A stretch of 52,299 bases of DNA from IMG/VR virus record IMGVR_UViG_3300030450_003597, positions 1 through 52,299 of that record. The stretch is one strand, 5' to 3'. The notes below the pieces were generated by a model. It was given only the letters and a program-made list of their open reading frames with translations. It had not been told where the DNA came from and made no database searches. Within the stretch, counting starts at the first letter, position 1. Every line of letters starts with the position of its first letter. Origin of the DNA: a virus. Taxonomy: Duplodnaviria; Caudoviricetes. A program made the translations under genes and the position numbers. Shown in pieces: positions 36,387 to 45,181 of the stretch.

Positions 36387-39010
36387 TACTTCTCCTCTAA
36401 TTGTTTTTCTAAGTTATTTACTTTATTATTTAATTCTTGGACAGCTTTTACAAGAGTAACAACCATAGATTCTTTCGATACTCTTTGTCTCCCATCAGGT
36501 TCAACTGCCCATGCACTATAATCAGGCATATTATATTTATCTATAGCTTCTTTTACATCTTGTGCAATAAAACCATAATAATATCTATCCTTACCTCCCA
36601 TAGGGACAGTATCATCAGGATTATAAGCATTCCACTCTTTAGGAAATTCACTTGGTGATTTATGTTTATATTTAACTGGCTTTAGCATAGTAATAAAACC
36701 TAATCCTGATTCTATATCTTTAATATCTTTCTTTTGTCTCATATCTGAGGATGCATCCCAAGTTTGGTCAGCATTAAAATCACATCTTATATGGCTAGTG
36801 TTATTACCTATATGAACTGCATTATCAGCTGTTCCGTTCATATTATTTCCAATTACTATTTGATTATGCGCTGAAGTATCTTGAGCCTCACAATTATATC
36901 CAATAACAGTATTTTCATATCCTGTAGTAGTTGTATTTCCAGATAAACTACCAACAAAAGTATTAGAATGTCCACTTGTTTCTAAATCCGAACCAGAGCT
37001 TCTCCCTATAGCTGTATTGTTATTACCAGTAATCTCAGAGCTATCTGTTCCAGTACCAGCAAAAGCTCCTATAAAAGTATTATTAACTCCTGTTGACACA
37101 TATTTGCCAGCTTTAGTTCCAACAGCTGTATTTTTATTATCTCCAGCTTGATTTGCTTCCATCAAAGCTTCATAACCTACAGCTGTATTAAAATCTCCTG
37201 ATTGATTAGAAGTTAAAGATTTATATCCTACTGCTATGTTTTGACTAACATCTGTTGCACCATACAAAGATTGAAATCCTATAGCTACCGTCCCATCAAT
37301 AGCAGTTGCATGATTAAGCCCTTTTCCAGCTTGAGCTCCAATCAAGACAGTTTCATCTCCTGATGTCATTGAAATTCCAGCTTCAGCGCCTATTATTGTA
37401 TTTTGAGTAGCCTCACCTTGGAGTAATTTAGCAGCATGCATTCCTAATGCTGTATTTTTATCTCCTAATAAAGGAGTTCCATCTACCCCATATCCACATT
37501 GCAATCCTACAAAAGTATTTCGAATTCCTGTAGTAACCCAATATCCAGATTCGTAACCTACTGCTGTATTTGCTATATTCGTAGTATCTCCATCCATACT
37601 AAATAAAGCTGCATAACCAACAGCTGTATTTTGAGATTCATCATTATTAGCAGTTCCCATTGCATAAGTCCCTAATGCTACATTCTTTGCTCCAGTCTTA
37701 CAAACATCCAATGCTTGAGAACCAACAACTGTGTTATCTGTAGCAGCACCTTCTAAGTCTTTTCCTGCTTTGTATCCAACGCATGTATTCTCGTCTCCAG
37801 TCATTGTACTTGAACCCGATTGCCCAGACATAGAACCTATAAATGTATTATATTGTCCAGATGAAACTACATATCCAGCTCCTCTACCTACAGCTGTATT
37901 ATGACCTCCATCAACTGAAATAGGTGTCATTTGAGCAAGAGCATATGCTCCTATAGAAGTATTGTTACTCCCTGCTTCATTTGTAAATAAACAATTCCTA
38001 CCTATAGCTACATTATCATCTCCTGTTTCCGTATTTTTTCCAGCTTGATGACCCATAAATACATTGCTATGACCTGTTGTCATATCCGCTCCAGACAAAG
38101 AACCTACTAAAATATTTGCATATGTCGTAGTTGTATCTCCTCCTCCTTGCAATAAAAATCCAGCTTTATAACCTATGGCCATATTATAATCTCCGTCAAG
38201 TCTAGTACCTGTTATTCCTTGTCCAGCTCTATCACCAACGAATGTGTTATATTGTCCATATTGAAGGAATTCTCCTGCATTATGACCAAGCCCTGTGTTA
38301 GAGCCATCTCCAGAACTTTGTGCATTGAAATAACGTAAAGCTGCATCTCCAAAGGCAACATTTCTATCACCATCAACATTTGATGTTAATGTCTTATGGC
38401 CAACAGCTACATTAAATTGGCCAGTTGTATTTGCAAGCATTGACTGATAGCCAATTGCAATAGTTCCATAAGCATCATTATTTGATATTACTTTTCCAGC
38501 TTCATATCCAATTAAAACTGATTTACTTAACAAAGCTGCTGTTTTTCCAGCATCAAAACCTATAATAACATTAGCTCCATAATTATCTATACTTCCTGCA
38601 GCTGTTAAAGCAAGCCCAGCATTGTATCCGATAAGAGTATTGTTTTGCCCTGTTGTTATAGCGGTACCTGCATTTTCACCAAACAATGTATTATAATTGC
38701 CACCACTTGCAATTGAATCACCTGCATTTTTACCAAATATTGTATTTGATGTACCAGCTGAAGCGCTTGTTGATTGAACTAATACTGAATCTGAATCAAC
38801 TCCTAGGGTAACTCCATTTATTGTTGAAGAAAGTGTTACAGCTCCTGCAACTGTAAGAGTACCATTAACTGTTAATGCTCCACTAGCCAAAGATAATAAA
38901 TCAGTATCATCTACATGCCCTACATTACTACCATCTATATTTACATTATCAATACGAAGACTAGCTCCCGCTACTGATAAATCAACTACTTCTTTTGTCC
39001 ATGTCGCCAT
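36386..39010 (-). CDS. Tail fibre with beta-helical NTAVG repeats and a C-terminal peptidase S74 chaperone
   Basis: Many N-T-x-(V/I)-G-x-x-A repeats; SDMRQKKDI...GFIAQDV...LVKAVQEL. Confidence 0.9.
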   Translation of the reverse strand: MATWTKEVVDLSVAGASLRIDNVNIDGSNVGHVDDTDLLSLASGALTVNGTLTVAGAVTLSSTINGVTLGVDSDSVLVQSTSASAGTSNTIFGKNAGDSIASGGNYNTLFGENAGTAITTGQNNTLIGYNAGLALTAAGSIDNYGANVIIGFDAGKTAALLSKSVLIGYEAGKVISNNDAYGTIAIGYQSMLANTTGQFNVAVGHKTLTSNVDGDRNVAFGDAALRYFNAQSSGDGSNTGLGHNAGEFLQYGQYNTFVGDRAGQGITGTRLDGDYNMAIGYKAGFLLQGGGDTTTTYANILVGSLSGADMTTGHSNVFMGHQAGKNTETGDDNVAIGRNCLFTNEAGSNNTSIGAYALAQMTPISVDGGHNTAVGRGAGYVVSSGQYNTFIGSMSGQSGSSTMTGDENTCVGYKAGKDLEGAATDNTVVGSQALDVCKTGAKNVALGTYAMGTANNDESQNTAVGYAALFSMDGDTTNIANTAVGYESGYWVTTGIRNTFVGLQCGYGVDGTPLLGDKNTALGMHAAKLLQGEATQNTIIGAEAGISMTSGDETVLIGAQAGKGLNHATAIDGTVAIGFQSLYGATDVSQNIAVGYKSLTSNQSGDFNTAVGYEALMEANQAGDNKNTAVGTKAGKYVSTGVNNTFIGAFAGTGTDSSEITGNNNTAIGRSSGSDLETSGHSNTFVGSLSGNTTTTGYENTVIGYNCEAQDTSAHNQIVIGNNMNGTADNAVHIGNNTSHIRCDFNADQTWDASSDMRQKKDIKDIESGLGFITMLKPVKYKHKSPSEFPKEWNAYNPDDTVPMGGKDRYYYGFIAQDVKEAIDKYNMPDYSAWAVEPDGRQRVSKESMVVTLVKAVQELNNKVNNLEKQLEEK

Positions 39011-39019
39011 AAATTTCTC

Positions 39020-39409
39020 CTAAAAATCCTGTGCCTTAGTATGACCTATATCTGTATAATTTGATTTAGAGAATTTCTTACCTTCTTTAACTCCTGCTAT
39101 ATACTCACTATCAAAATATTGAGCAGTATTTATATCTATATTTCTAGGGTCTTTATATCCAGATGCTATCACCTTAGATACAATAGATTCATGAAATTGC
39201 TCTGGAATCTGATTAAATGTATTGCTTAAATCATTTGATGATAAATCATTTTCTCTAGATATTGCATAAATTCTAAAAGTTTTAGCTACAGTTATAGATT
39301 TCCAATCAGTTGTAAATCCATTTTTAGTAACAGCATTATTAGACTTTTCTACAATACCTATTTTACCCAATTTATCAACAAACCAAGCTCTTTGAGTTTT
39401 TGTAGCCAT
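39020..39409 (-). CDS. C-terminal half of a head-tail adaptor-like protein
   Basis: IPEQFHESIV...AQYF pattern. Confidence 0.55.
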   Translation of the reverse strand: MATKTQRAWFVDKLGKIGIVEKSNNAVTKNGFTTDWKSITVAKTFRIYAISRENDLSSNDLSNTFNQIPEQFHESIVSKVIASGYKDPRNIDINTAQYFDSEYIAGVKEGKKFSKSNYTDIGHTKAQDF

Positions 39410-39687
39410 TATGTATATTCTCCTGCATCTTCATCGTCAATAATAGGTTTACCTATTAATTTTGGTATTTTAATATCATCAATCCAAACACTTTTTATTT
39501 TAATAATTCTATTATCAATATCATAATATCTTTGATTCGCTACTGTAGTACCAGTATAAGAATCTTTAACTATTTCTGTTCTTGCACAGAAATCATTTTT
39601 AGCTCTATCTAATAATTTAACTATTTCAGTTTGTCCCATATGAGGATGATGTTGTTGAACTAATTCTATCATTTCTTTAATTGTCAT
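39409..39687 (-). CDS. N-terminal half of a head-tail adaptor-like protein
   Basis: MTIKEMIELV...LDRAKNDF...TVANQRYY...IKSV pattern. Confidence 0.55.
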   Translation of the reverse strand: MTIKEMIELVQQHHPHMGQTEIVKLLDRAKNDFCARTEIVKDSYTGTTVANQRYYDIDNRIIKIKSVWIDDIKIPKLIGKPIIDDEDAGEYT

Positions 39688-40385
39688 TATTCACTCCCTG
39701 CTTCACTCGTATCATCTATAAATCTTGATATTTCTTCTTGATAAGATTTTTCTAAACCTTGAATTTGAGATTGAACCATTTGTAAAATCTCTATGTCTTC
39801 TTCATCTTGAATTTGATTGCTAATATAGGCTTGTAAAATATTTATAGAGCTTTTTAATGCTATAGCATGTATCAAATTACTAGGTAAAAAATAAGAAGTA
39901 TTTAAAGCAGCTGATGCAATGCCAGTTAAATCGATTGAATCTGTAGCATATGAAAAATACCATATCTTTCCTTTTTGAGTTGCACCAGGCTCAGGTAAAA
40001 TTTTAAGAGTAGCTGCTCCTGCATTAGCACTGTCAAAATGATAAATAGGACTATATGCTGTTGCATAATATATACTATTAGAATCACCAGCTCTTGCAAA
40101 TACATCTCTATCTACATATAAACACTCTCTTTCAATCCCGCTACTATTAGAATCAATTCTTGTAACTTTTAAAATCTTCCTATCTTCTACTAACCATTCA
40201 GAATTAGATTCAAGTACTCCTGGAGTCTTAGAATACTTAAGCAATAAATCTTCAGAAATCATATCTGCTACTTCATTAAAAGCAGCATTAATAAGGTCTT
40301 TATAACTCAAATCAGGAGTTGTTGAATATTCAGCTCCTATTAAATCAGTTATTCTTTCTGCTATAGTTGAACCAGGTGTTGCCAT
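39687..40385 (-). CDS. Head-tail adaptor/tubular protein
   Basis: LINAAF...SPIY...ILPEP...LPSNLIHAI pattern; downstream of the capsid genes. Confidence 0.6.
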   Translation of the reverse strand: MATPGSTIAERITDLIGAEYSTTPDLSYKDLINAAFNEVADMISEDLLLKYSKTPGVLESNSEWLVEDRKILKVTRIDSNSSGIERECLYVDRDVFARAGDSNSIYYATAYSPIYHFDSANAGAATLKILPEPGATQKGKIWYFSYATDSIDLTGIASAALNTSYFLPSNLIHAIALKSSINILQAYISNQIQDEEDIEILQMVQSQIQGLEKSYQEEISRFIDDTSEAGSE

Positions 40386-40498
40386 TATTTTTTACCTTTT
40401 TTCTTTAAATTTAATTTTCTTCTAATATCAGGCTTTACCTGGCTATGCCAAGGGTTCCCAATACTAGTTGAAAATCTATTTGCTAATTTCTTAGCCAT
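40385..40498 (-). CDS. Small basic peptide (37 aa)
   Basis: TAATG overlaps on both sides. Confidence 0.6.
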   Translation of the reverse strand: MAKKLANRFSTSIGNPWHSQVKPDIRRKLNLKKKGKK

Positions 40499-40662
40499 TA
40501 TCTTGTACGTCTAGCTGTGCCTCTACTAGCATAAGTTGTAGATTTGGATTTTCTAGAACGAACTTTTTTAGTTTTTTTTATCTTTTTAGGCTTAGGAGTA
40601 GGTGTACTAGGTGCACTTACTCCAACTAAATTGATATTACTTCTTTGTTTCTTATCTCCCAT
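40498..40662 (-). CDS. Small K/R-rich peptide (54 aa)
   Basis: AAGGAG RBS; TAATG overlap. Confidence 0.6.
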   Translation of the reverse strand: MGDKKQRSNINLVGVSAPSTPTPKPKKIKKTKKVRSRKSKSTTYASRGTARRTR

Positions 40663-40672
40663 TATTTCTCCT

Positions 40673-41698
40673 TTAATGTAACATTATAAATGTAGGCCAG
40701 AACTGATTATAAGCTGAAATTACAGTTTGTCCAGGCCCTGACATAAATTCAAATCTTATTTTAGCATATCCCATTCTTTGCGCAATAAGAGCAGAGTTTA
40801 AATCTGTAGAACCATCTCCACTTCCTCCAGTATCAGAAAAAGGAGAAGTGAGTTTAGAGGGAAAGTCCTCTGAGTTATATGTAAATGTATCTCCATCATA
40901 TGTAAATACAGTTCCAAATTTCCATCCTTCAGCTGCTTGTGGCTCAAATGTAGTAGCTGAAGCTGCAGCTGAATGGTCTGCTGTTGGATTTACGCTCCAC
41001 TCTAAAGCAACAGTAAGAGCTTCATTTCCAGCTATATCTTCAGCTGATGTAGCTTGCTGTAAAGCTTTTGTTGATGAAGCAATACCAGTAGGAGGATTAA
41101 CCACAGCTGTAATACTTCTCATATTTAAATTAGTAGGGATAGTCTCAGAATGAAAGGATATATTCTCTTGATAAGGAAGTCTCATAAATCCAAAGAAACC
41201 TCCATGATAAATCTTTCTTCTTTCCATAGTATCATAACTTGGTAATGTTATTTTATAAACATCCCCTTCATCAAATCCTAATTCATCTGGGATATATATA
41301 TTTACCCCTATATCTATCGTAATAGGAGTATTGGAAACAGCTGAACCTTCACTTGTTTTTACTATCCAATATCTACCATCTCCACTATGAGCACTAGCAT
41401 GAATTGTATCTATAGTAGTGCCTGCTAAATTCTTTTTAGTAACTATAAATCCATCTTCATTATTACTAGTTGCTTCATTTACAAAAGTTAATTCATAGTA
41501 AAAATCACAATTCACTGAATGTGTACAACTTCCATAAAGAGCTTGAGCCGAACTTCCAGTTGTTTGTGTGATATAAGTATTCCCATCTGTAGAGCCATCT
41601 CCATCAGCCAATCTACCTAAATGAAATTGGTCATAATAATATGGGAACCATTTTCCAGCTATTTGACTTGAATTACTTGCTATTAATACATTAGCCAT
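40673..41698 (-). CDS. Virion structural protein
   Basis: T/S/G-rich beta protein in the capsid cluster. Confidence 0.6.
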   Translation of the reverse strand: MANVLIASNSSQIAGKWFPYYYDQFHLGRLADGDGSTDGNTYITQTTGSSAQALYGSCTHSVNCDFYYELTFVNEATSNNEDGFIVTKKNLAGTTIDTIHASAHSGDGRYWIVKTSEGSAVSNTPITIDIGVNIYIPDELGFDEGDVYKITLPSYDTMERRKIYHGGFFGFMRLPYQENISFHSETIPTNLNMRSITAVVNPPTGIASSTKALQQATSAEDIAGNEALTVALEWSVNPTADHSAAASATTFEPQAAEGWKFGTVFTYDGDTFTYNSEDFPSKLTSPFSDTGGSGDGSTDLNSALIAQRMGYAKIRFEFMSGPGQTVISAYNQFWPTFIMLH

Positions 41699-41700
41699 AA

Positions 41701-42192
41701 TTAAGTATTATTATGCATAAATACATTAATTTTAATGTTATTCGCTACAGCAGTACAATTAGCATCACCTCCTGGTGTTAATGCAATTCTCATATAAGGC
41801 ATTACACCATAACTTTCAAAATCATAGATTCCAGAACCTATAACCTCGTCTTCAGAGCCACCACCAGCATTCCAAGCAGCTATTAAATCATATAATTTGA
41901 TATAATTAGTTCCATCTACAGAGCCTTCTATATCTACATCAACATTGTCAGCATCTGCAGTAATATCATTTAATGTAGCATTTAACATTACAGAGAAATT
42001 TCCATTTATAGCCCAATTAAAACTAGGTGTAACATGTTTAGAAGTACCATCAAGCCACATTAAACATTCATGTCTAACATAGCCATTTATACCACTTGCA
42101 CCTGTAGCTGTTTGAACAATACTAACATTAGAAGATGTATCTGGAGGATTACCTGTATTTGCTGCTATTGTAGTCCATTGACTATTTGCCAT
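41701..42192 (-). CDS. Capsid decoration-like protein
   Basis: GSVDGTNY...MPYMRI; paralog of 42260..42766. Confidence 0.6.
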   Translation of the reverse strand: MANSQWTTIAANTGNPPDTSSNVSIVQTATGASGINGYVRHECLMWLDGTSKHVTPSFNWAINGNFSVMLNATLNDITADADNVDVDIEGSVDGTNYIKLYDLIAAWNAGGGSEDEVIGSGIYDFESYGVMPYMRIALTPGGDANCTAVANNIKINVFMHNNT

Positions 42193-42213
42193 AAAATCTC
42201 CTTCTAAATTTGT

Positions 42214-42239
42214 GTAGAAGGGGCCGAAGCCCCATCTAC
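42214..42239 (-). terminator. C(UUCG)G hairpin after the capsid/decoration genes (terminator or stabiliser)
   Basis: GTAGA-T-GGGGC-TTCG-GCCCC-T-TCTAC on the - strand; weak U-tract. Confidence 0.6.
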
Positions 42240-42259
42240 GTTATTAATTAAACTAACCA

Positions 42260-42766
42260 CTATGATGGGTCAGCACCTGCACCACCAACACTTATTCCAG
42301 CATTAGCTCCGCCAGATAAACCACCAACAAAGAAAACACCTTGCCAAGTAGTTACATCATCAGTTCCATCATTCCATGATAATCTATACCATGGTAAAGT
42401 GTAATCAGATAAATCAACTGTATAAAGTTGAACACCTGCTACATCAGGAGTAGTATCGTCATCTAATGATGAACCAATCATTACCCAGTTTTTACCATCT
42501 ATAGAGCCATCTAAATGAAAATCAGATGTAACATTAGCACCAGCTGTTGTAGTATTAAAACCAACAACAAGTTTCTTCCCATTTACTAAACTTCCAGGAA
42601 TACCTGGGCTAACAATCTCTGCATCAGTATCTGAAGGGTCTATAGTATTTGTAGTTAAATACATTACTCCACCTTCAGTTACCTCAGTCCATTTTCCATA
42701 AGCGCTATCATCAGGGTGACTAGTACCTTCAGTTATAGCTCCATTGCTTATACCTATTACTGCCAT
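42260..42766 (-). CDS. Capsid decoration-like protein
   Basis: Immediately after the MCP gene; GSIDGKNW...LPWYRL. Confidence 0.6.
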   Translation of the reverse strand: MAVIGISNGAITEGTSHPDDSAYGKWTEVTEGGVMYLTTNTIDPSDTDAEIVSPGIPGSLVNGKKLVVGFNTTTAGANVTSDFHLDGSIDGKNWVMIGSSLDDDTTPDVAGVQLYTVDLSDYTLPWYRLSWNDGTDDVTTWQGVFFVGGLSGGANAGISVGGAGADPS

Positions 42767-42781
42767 GTATCTATCCTCCCC

Positions 42782-44173
42782 TTAAGAAAACTTAAGAATT
42801 GCGTGAGTTTCAGGAAGACTAATTTCCAAGCCAGCTTCAGTGATGATTTGGTCTTGTCTACCATCAACTCCGTTGTCCTGTACATTAGTTTCAATGAAAG
42901 TGTCTCGACTAACACCATTACCCGCTAGTGGTCTATAAGCTACATTCTTCATATCTATAGCTACTGCATAATCTTCCCATGGTCCTCTTAATAGAGGTTC
43001 AGCAACAAAATGCAAATTACCAAATATGGTATTAACAACTGTCACTGTATGCCCGAAAGCACCAGGAATAGATTCTACATCTAGTCTATATTGAGATGAA
43101 CCTACAGAATTATTTAAGAAGCTTCCGCTTCCAAGTTTGTTCAAGTAAGTAATAACTTTTCTAGAAGCTAGAACTAGTTTATTACCACTGTTACCAGACT
43201 CAGGAGCAAAGTAATCTTCCATTGCATCTAAGAAAGCATCGTAACCTGAAGAAGCATAAGACATATTATATACTTTACCATTAGATGAAGTAAAAGGAAC
43301 TATACCATGAGAATATCTGACAGCAGCACCACCAGCAGCAGCTTCTTGAGCCGCAGTAGTTATACCATCGCCAAATAACATAGCTTGTTCTATATCCATC
43401 TTATGTTCCATTAGTTTATCTTGCCATATTCTTTGAAACTCATTTGCAACGCCTCTATACTCTGTAGCAAGAGCTGTACCAGAGAAGATATTCATACCAG
43501 TTTTGAAGATTTGACAATATCCTTCTCTGTCATACATTGAATCTTCCCAACCAATAGGAGTATCAGTTCCTTCTGCCCATGCTGAGCCAATCACTTGACC
43601 TTTATTACCAGCTGAAAATACTGTACCAGTAGGTATTGTAGTTCCTACTGCTGAAAGCATTTCACCAGCAACATTGGTTTTACCATCATCAGTATCATGA
43701 GTTAGTGATGTTGTATCATCTGTTACACTAGTTCCAGTTTCAACTACAGCACTTTCATTAACTTTAAAACGATAAACATTTCCATCGTCAGCTTTAACAG
43801 CTAAAATGCAACCTGGTACGATAAATGGGCAATGAGAACCACTGCTTATTTTACCATACACATCATATTTTGCTTTTACTATTAAATCTTCACCAGAATC
43901 AAAGGCTCCACCATGCGATTCTGCGCCTGATGTAGTCAATGCTGTATGAATTTCAAAATTACGTCTTTGCCACTGATGTCTTTGCTCAAGAAATTTGAAC
44001 ACAGGGTCATTAGTAGCTTTTTTTGCCACCTTTGATAAATATACAAAGAAAGGACTTTGCATTGGAGCAAGTTCTGCAACTCTATCTCCAAAATTAAAGA
44101 CTCTTCTTGTGTTATCTAAGGAAGCTGTACCACTGCCTGTAGCCGAAGCTACATTACTATATACTTTTGACAT
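42782..44173 (-). CDS. Major capsid protein (HK97 fold, SU10-like)
   Basis: Follows portal and scaffold; QIFKT...EHKMDIEQAMLFG...ITEAGLE...PETHA. Confidence 0.88.
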   Translation of the reverse strand: MSKVYSNVASATGSGTASLDNTRRVFNFGDRVAELAPMQSPFFVYLSKVAKKATNDPVFKFLEQRHQWQRRNFEIHTALTTSGAESHGGAFDSGEDLIVKAKYDVYGKISSGSHCPFIVPGCILAVKADDGNVYRFKVNESAVVETGTSVTDDTTSLTHDTDDGKTNVAGEMLSAVGTTIPTGTVFSAGNKGQVIGSAWAEGTDTPIGWEDSMYDREGYCQIFKTGMNIFSGTALATEYRGVANEFQRIWQDKLMEHKMDIEQAMLFGDGITTAAQEAAAGGAAVRYSHGIVPFTSSNGKVYNMSYASSGYDAFLDAMEDYFAPESGNSGNKLVLASRKVITYLNKLGSGSFLNNSVGSSQYRLDVESIPGAFGHTVTVVNTIFGNLHFVAEPLLRGPWEDYAVAIDMKNVAYRPLAGNGVSRDTFIETNVQDNGVDGRQDQIITEAGLEISLPETHAILKFS

Positions 44174-44245
44174 TGTATACCATCCTTAAAATTAGCCCTC
44201 CCTCAACTGTCTTTATTAGACCTTCGGGTAGAGCGATTAATTAAA

Positions 44246-45181
44246 TTACTTCCAAGGGTTTTTACTGTTAAAATTCCCTATCATTGTATCCATAATCTTA
44301 TCTTCAAAAGATGTTGTTTCAGCATTGGATTGTCCAGAAGGCATTACTCCCATAGGAGATGGTACTTGCTGAGCATTCTTTGTTTGCTGAAATGAATCAC
44401 TAGGAGCAGCCTGAGTTGGAACTGCTTGTTGTTGAGCTCCACCATTTTGCATCCTATATAATTGAACAAGATTATCGATTGTTATTGAACTAGGGTCAGA
44501 CATTTTAGACATGAAATCTACAGCTTCTGTTTCGCTCATACCATGATGCCCCATTATGTGAGATTTAACTTCAGCTTCTTGAGTAGCCATTTGTCGAGCT
44601 GCTTGTTGCTTTTTAGCTTCATTAACTCTGGCTTCTTCAATTTTGTTGAATTTCTCTTCCATAATAGCAGTTTGATATTGACTTTTTAAAGAATTGTATT
44701 CATTCATATCATCTCGCCATCCTTCTAGTTCATCTAAATACCTTGCACTTTCGCTAGAAGGGTCGCTGTAAGCTTCCTCTCTATTAAAAGTCCTAGGTCT
44801 TTTTGGTTTATCAGGAGCTGCAGGAAATTCCTCAACTTTAGGTTCAGCAGGTTGAGCAGGAGCTTCAGGTTGAACTGGAGCTACTTGCTGTTGCTTTACT
44901 TCTTCTAACTCATTTTTATACTTATCTGCTTGAGATTGCCAGTATTGATAACGAGTTGTATCATTATCTGTTTGAGTCTCTTCTTGAGTAGTTTCTTGCG
45001 TACTTACTTCAGGTTGTCCTTCCTTAGGAGCTGTTTCAGTATTTCCTTCATTACCAGTAGTAAAAGCACTTGCAGTATTATTATCAGAGCTCGGAGAACC
45101 AAATACAGCTTCTTCTAAAGAAGCATATTCTTGTGTGTTCTCTTGTGAGGTGTCTGATTGTATATTATCTTGCTGTGTCAT
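44246..45181 (-). CDS. Capsid scaffolding protein
   Basis: Acidic, Q/E/P-rich, YWQSQADK coil; between portal and MCP. Confidence 0.75.
   Translation of the reverse strand: MTQQDNIQSDTSQENTQEYASLEEAVFGSPSSDNNTASAFTTGNEGNTETAPKEGQPEVSTQETTQEETQTDNDTTRYQYWQSQADKYKNELEEVKQQQVAPVQPEAPAQPAEPKVEEFPAAPDKPKRPRTFNREEAYSDPSSESARYLDELEGWRDDMNEYNSLKSQYQTAIMEEKFNKIEEARVNEAKKQQAARQMATQEAEVKSHIMGHHGMSETEAVDFMSKMSDPSSITIDNLVQLYRMQNGGAQQQAVPTQAAPSDSFQQTKNAQQVPSPMGVMPSGQSNAETTSFEDKIMDTMIGNFNSKNPWK

Noticed and set aside
36386-39010. NTAVG repeats as a novel repeat system or diversity-generating retroelement target
   Set aside because: Ordinary beta-helical fibre repeats; no reverse transcriptase or template repeat was seen.
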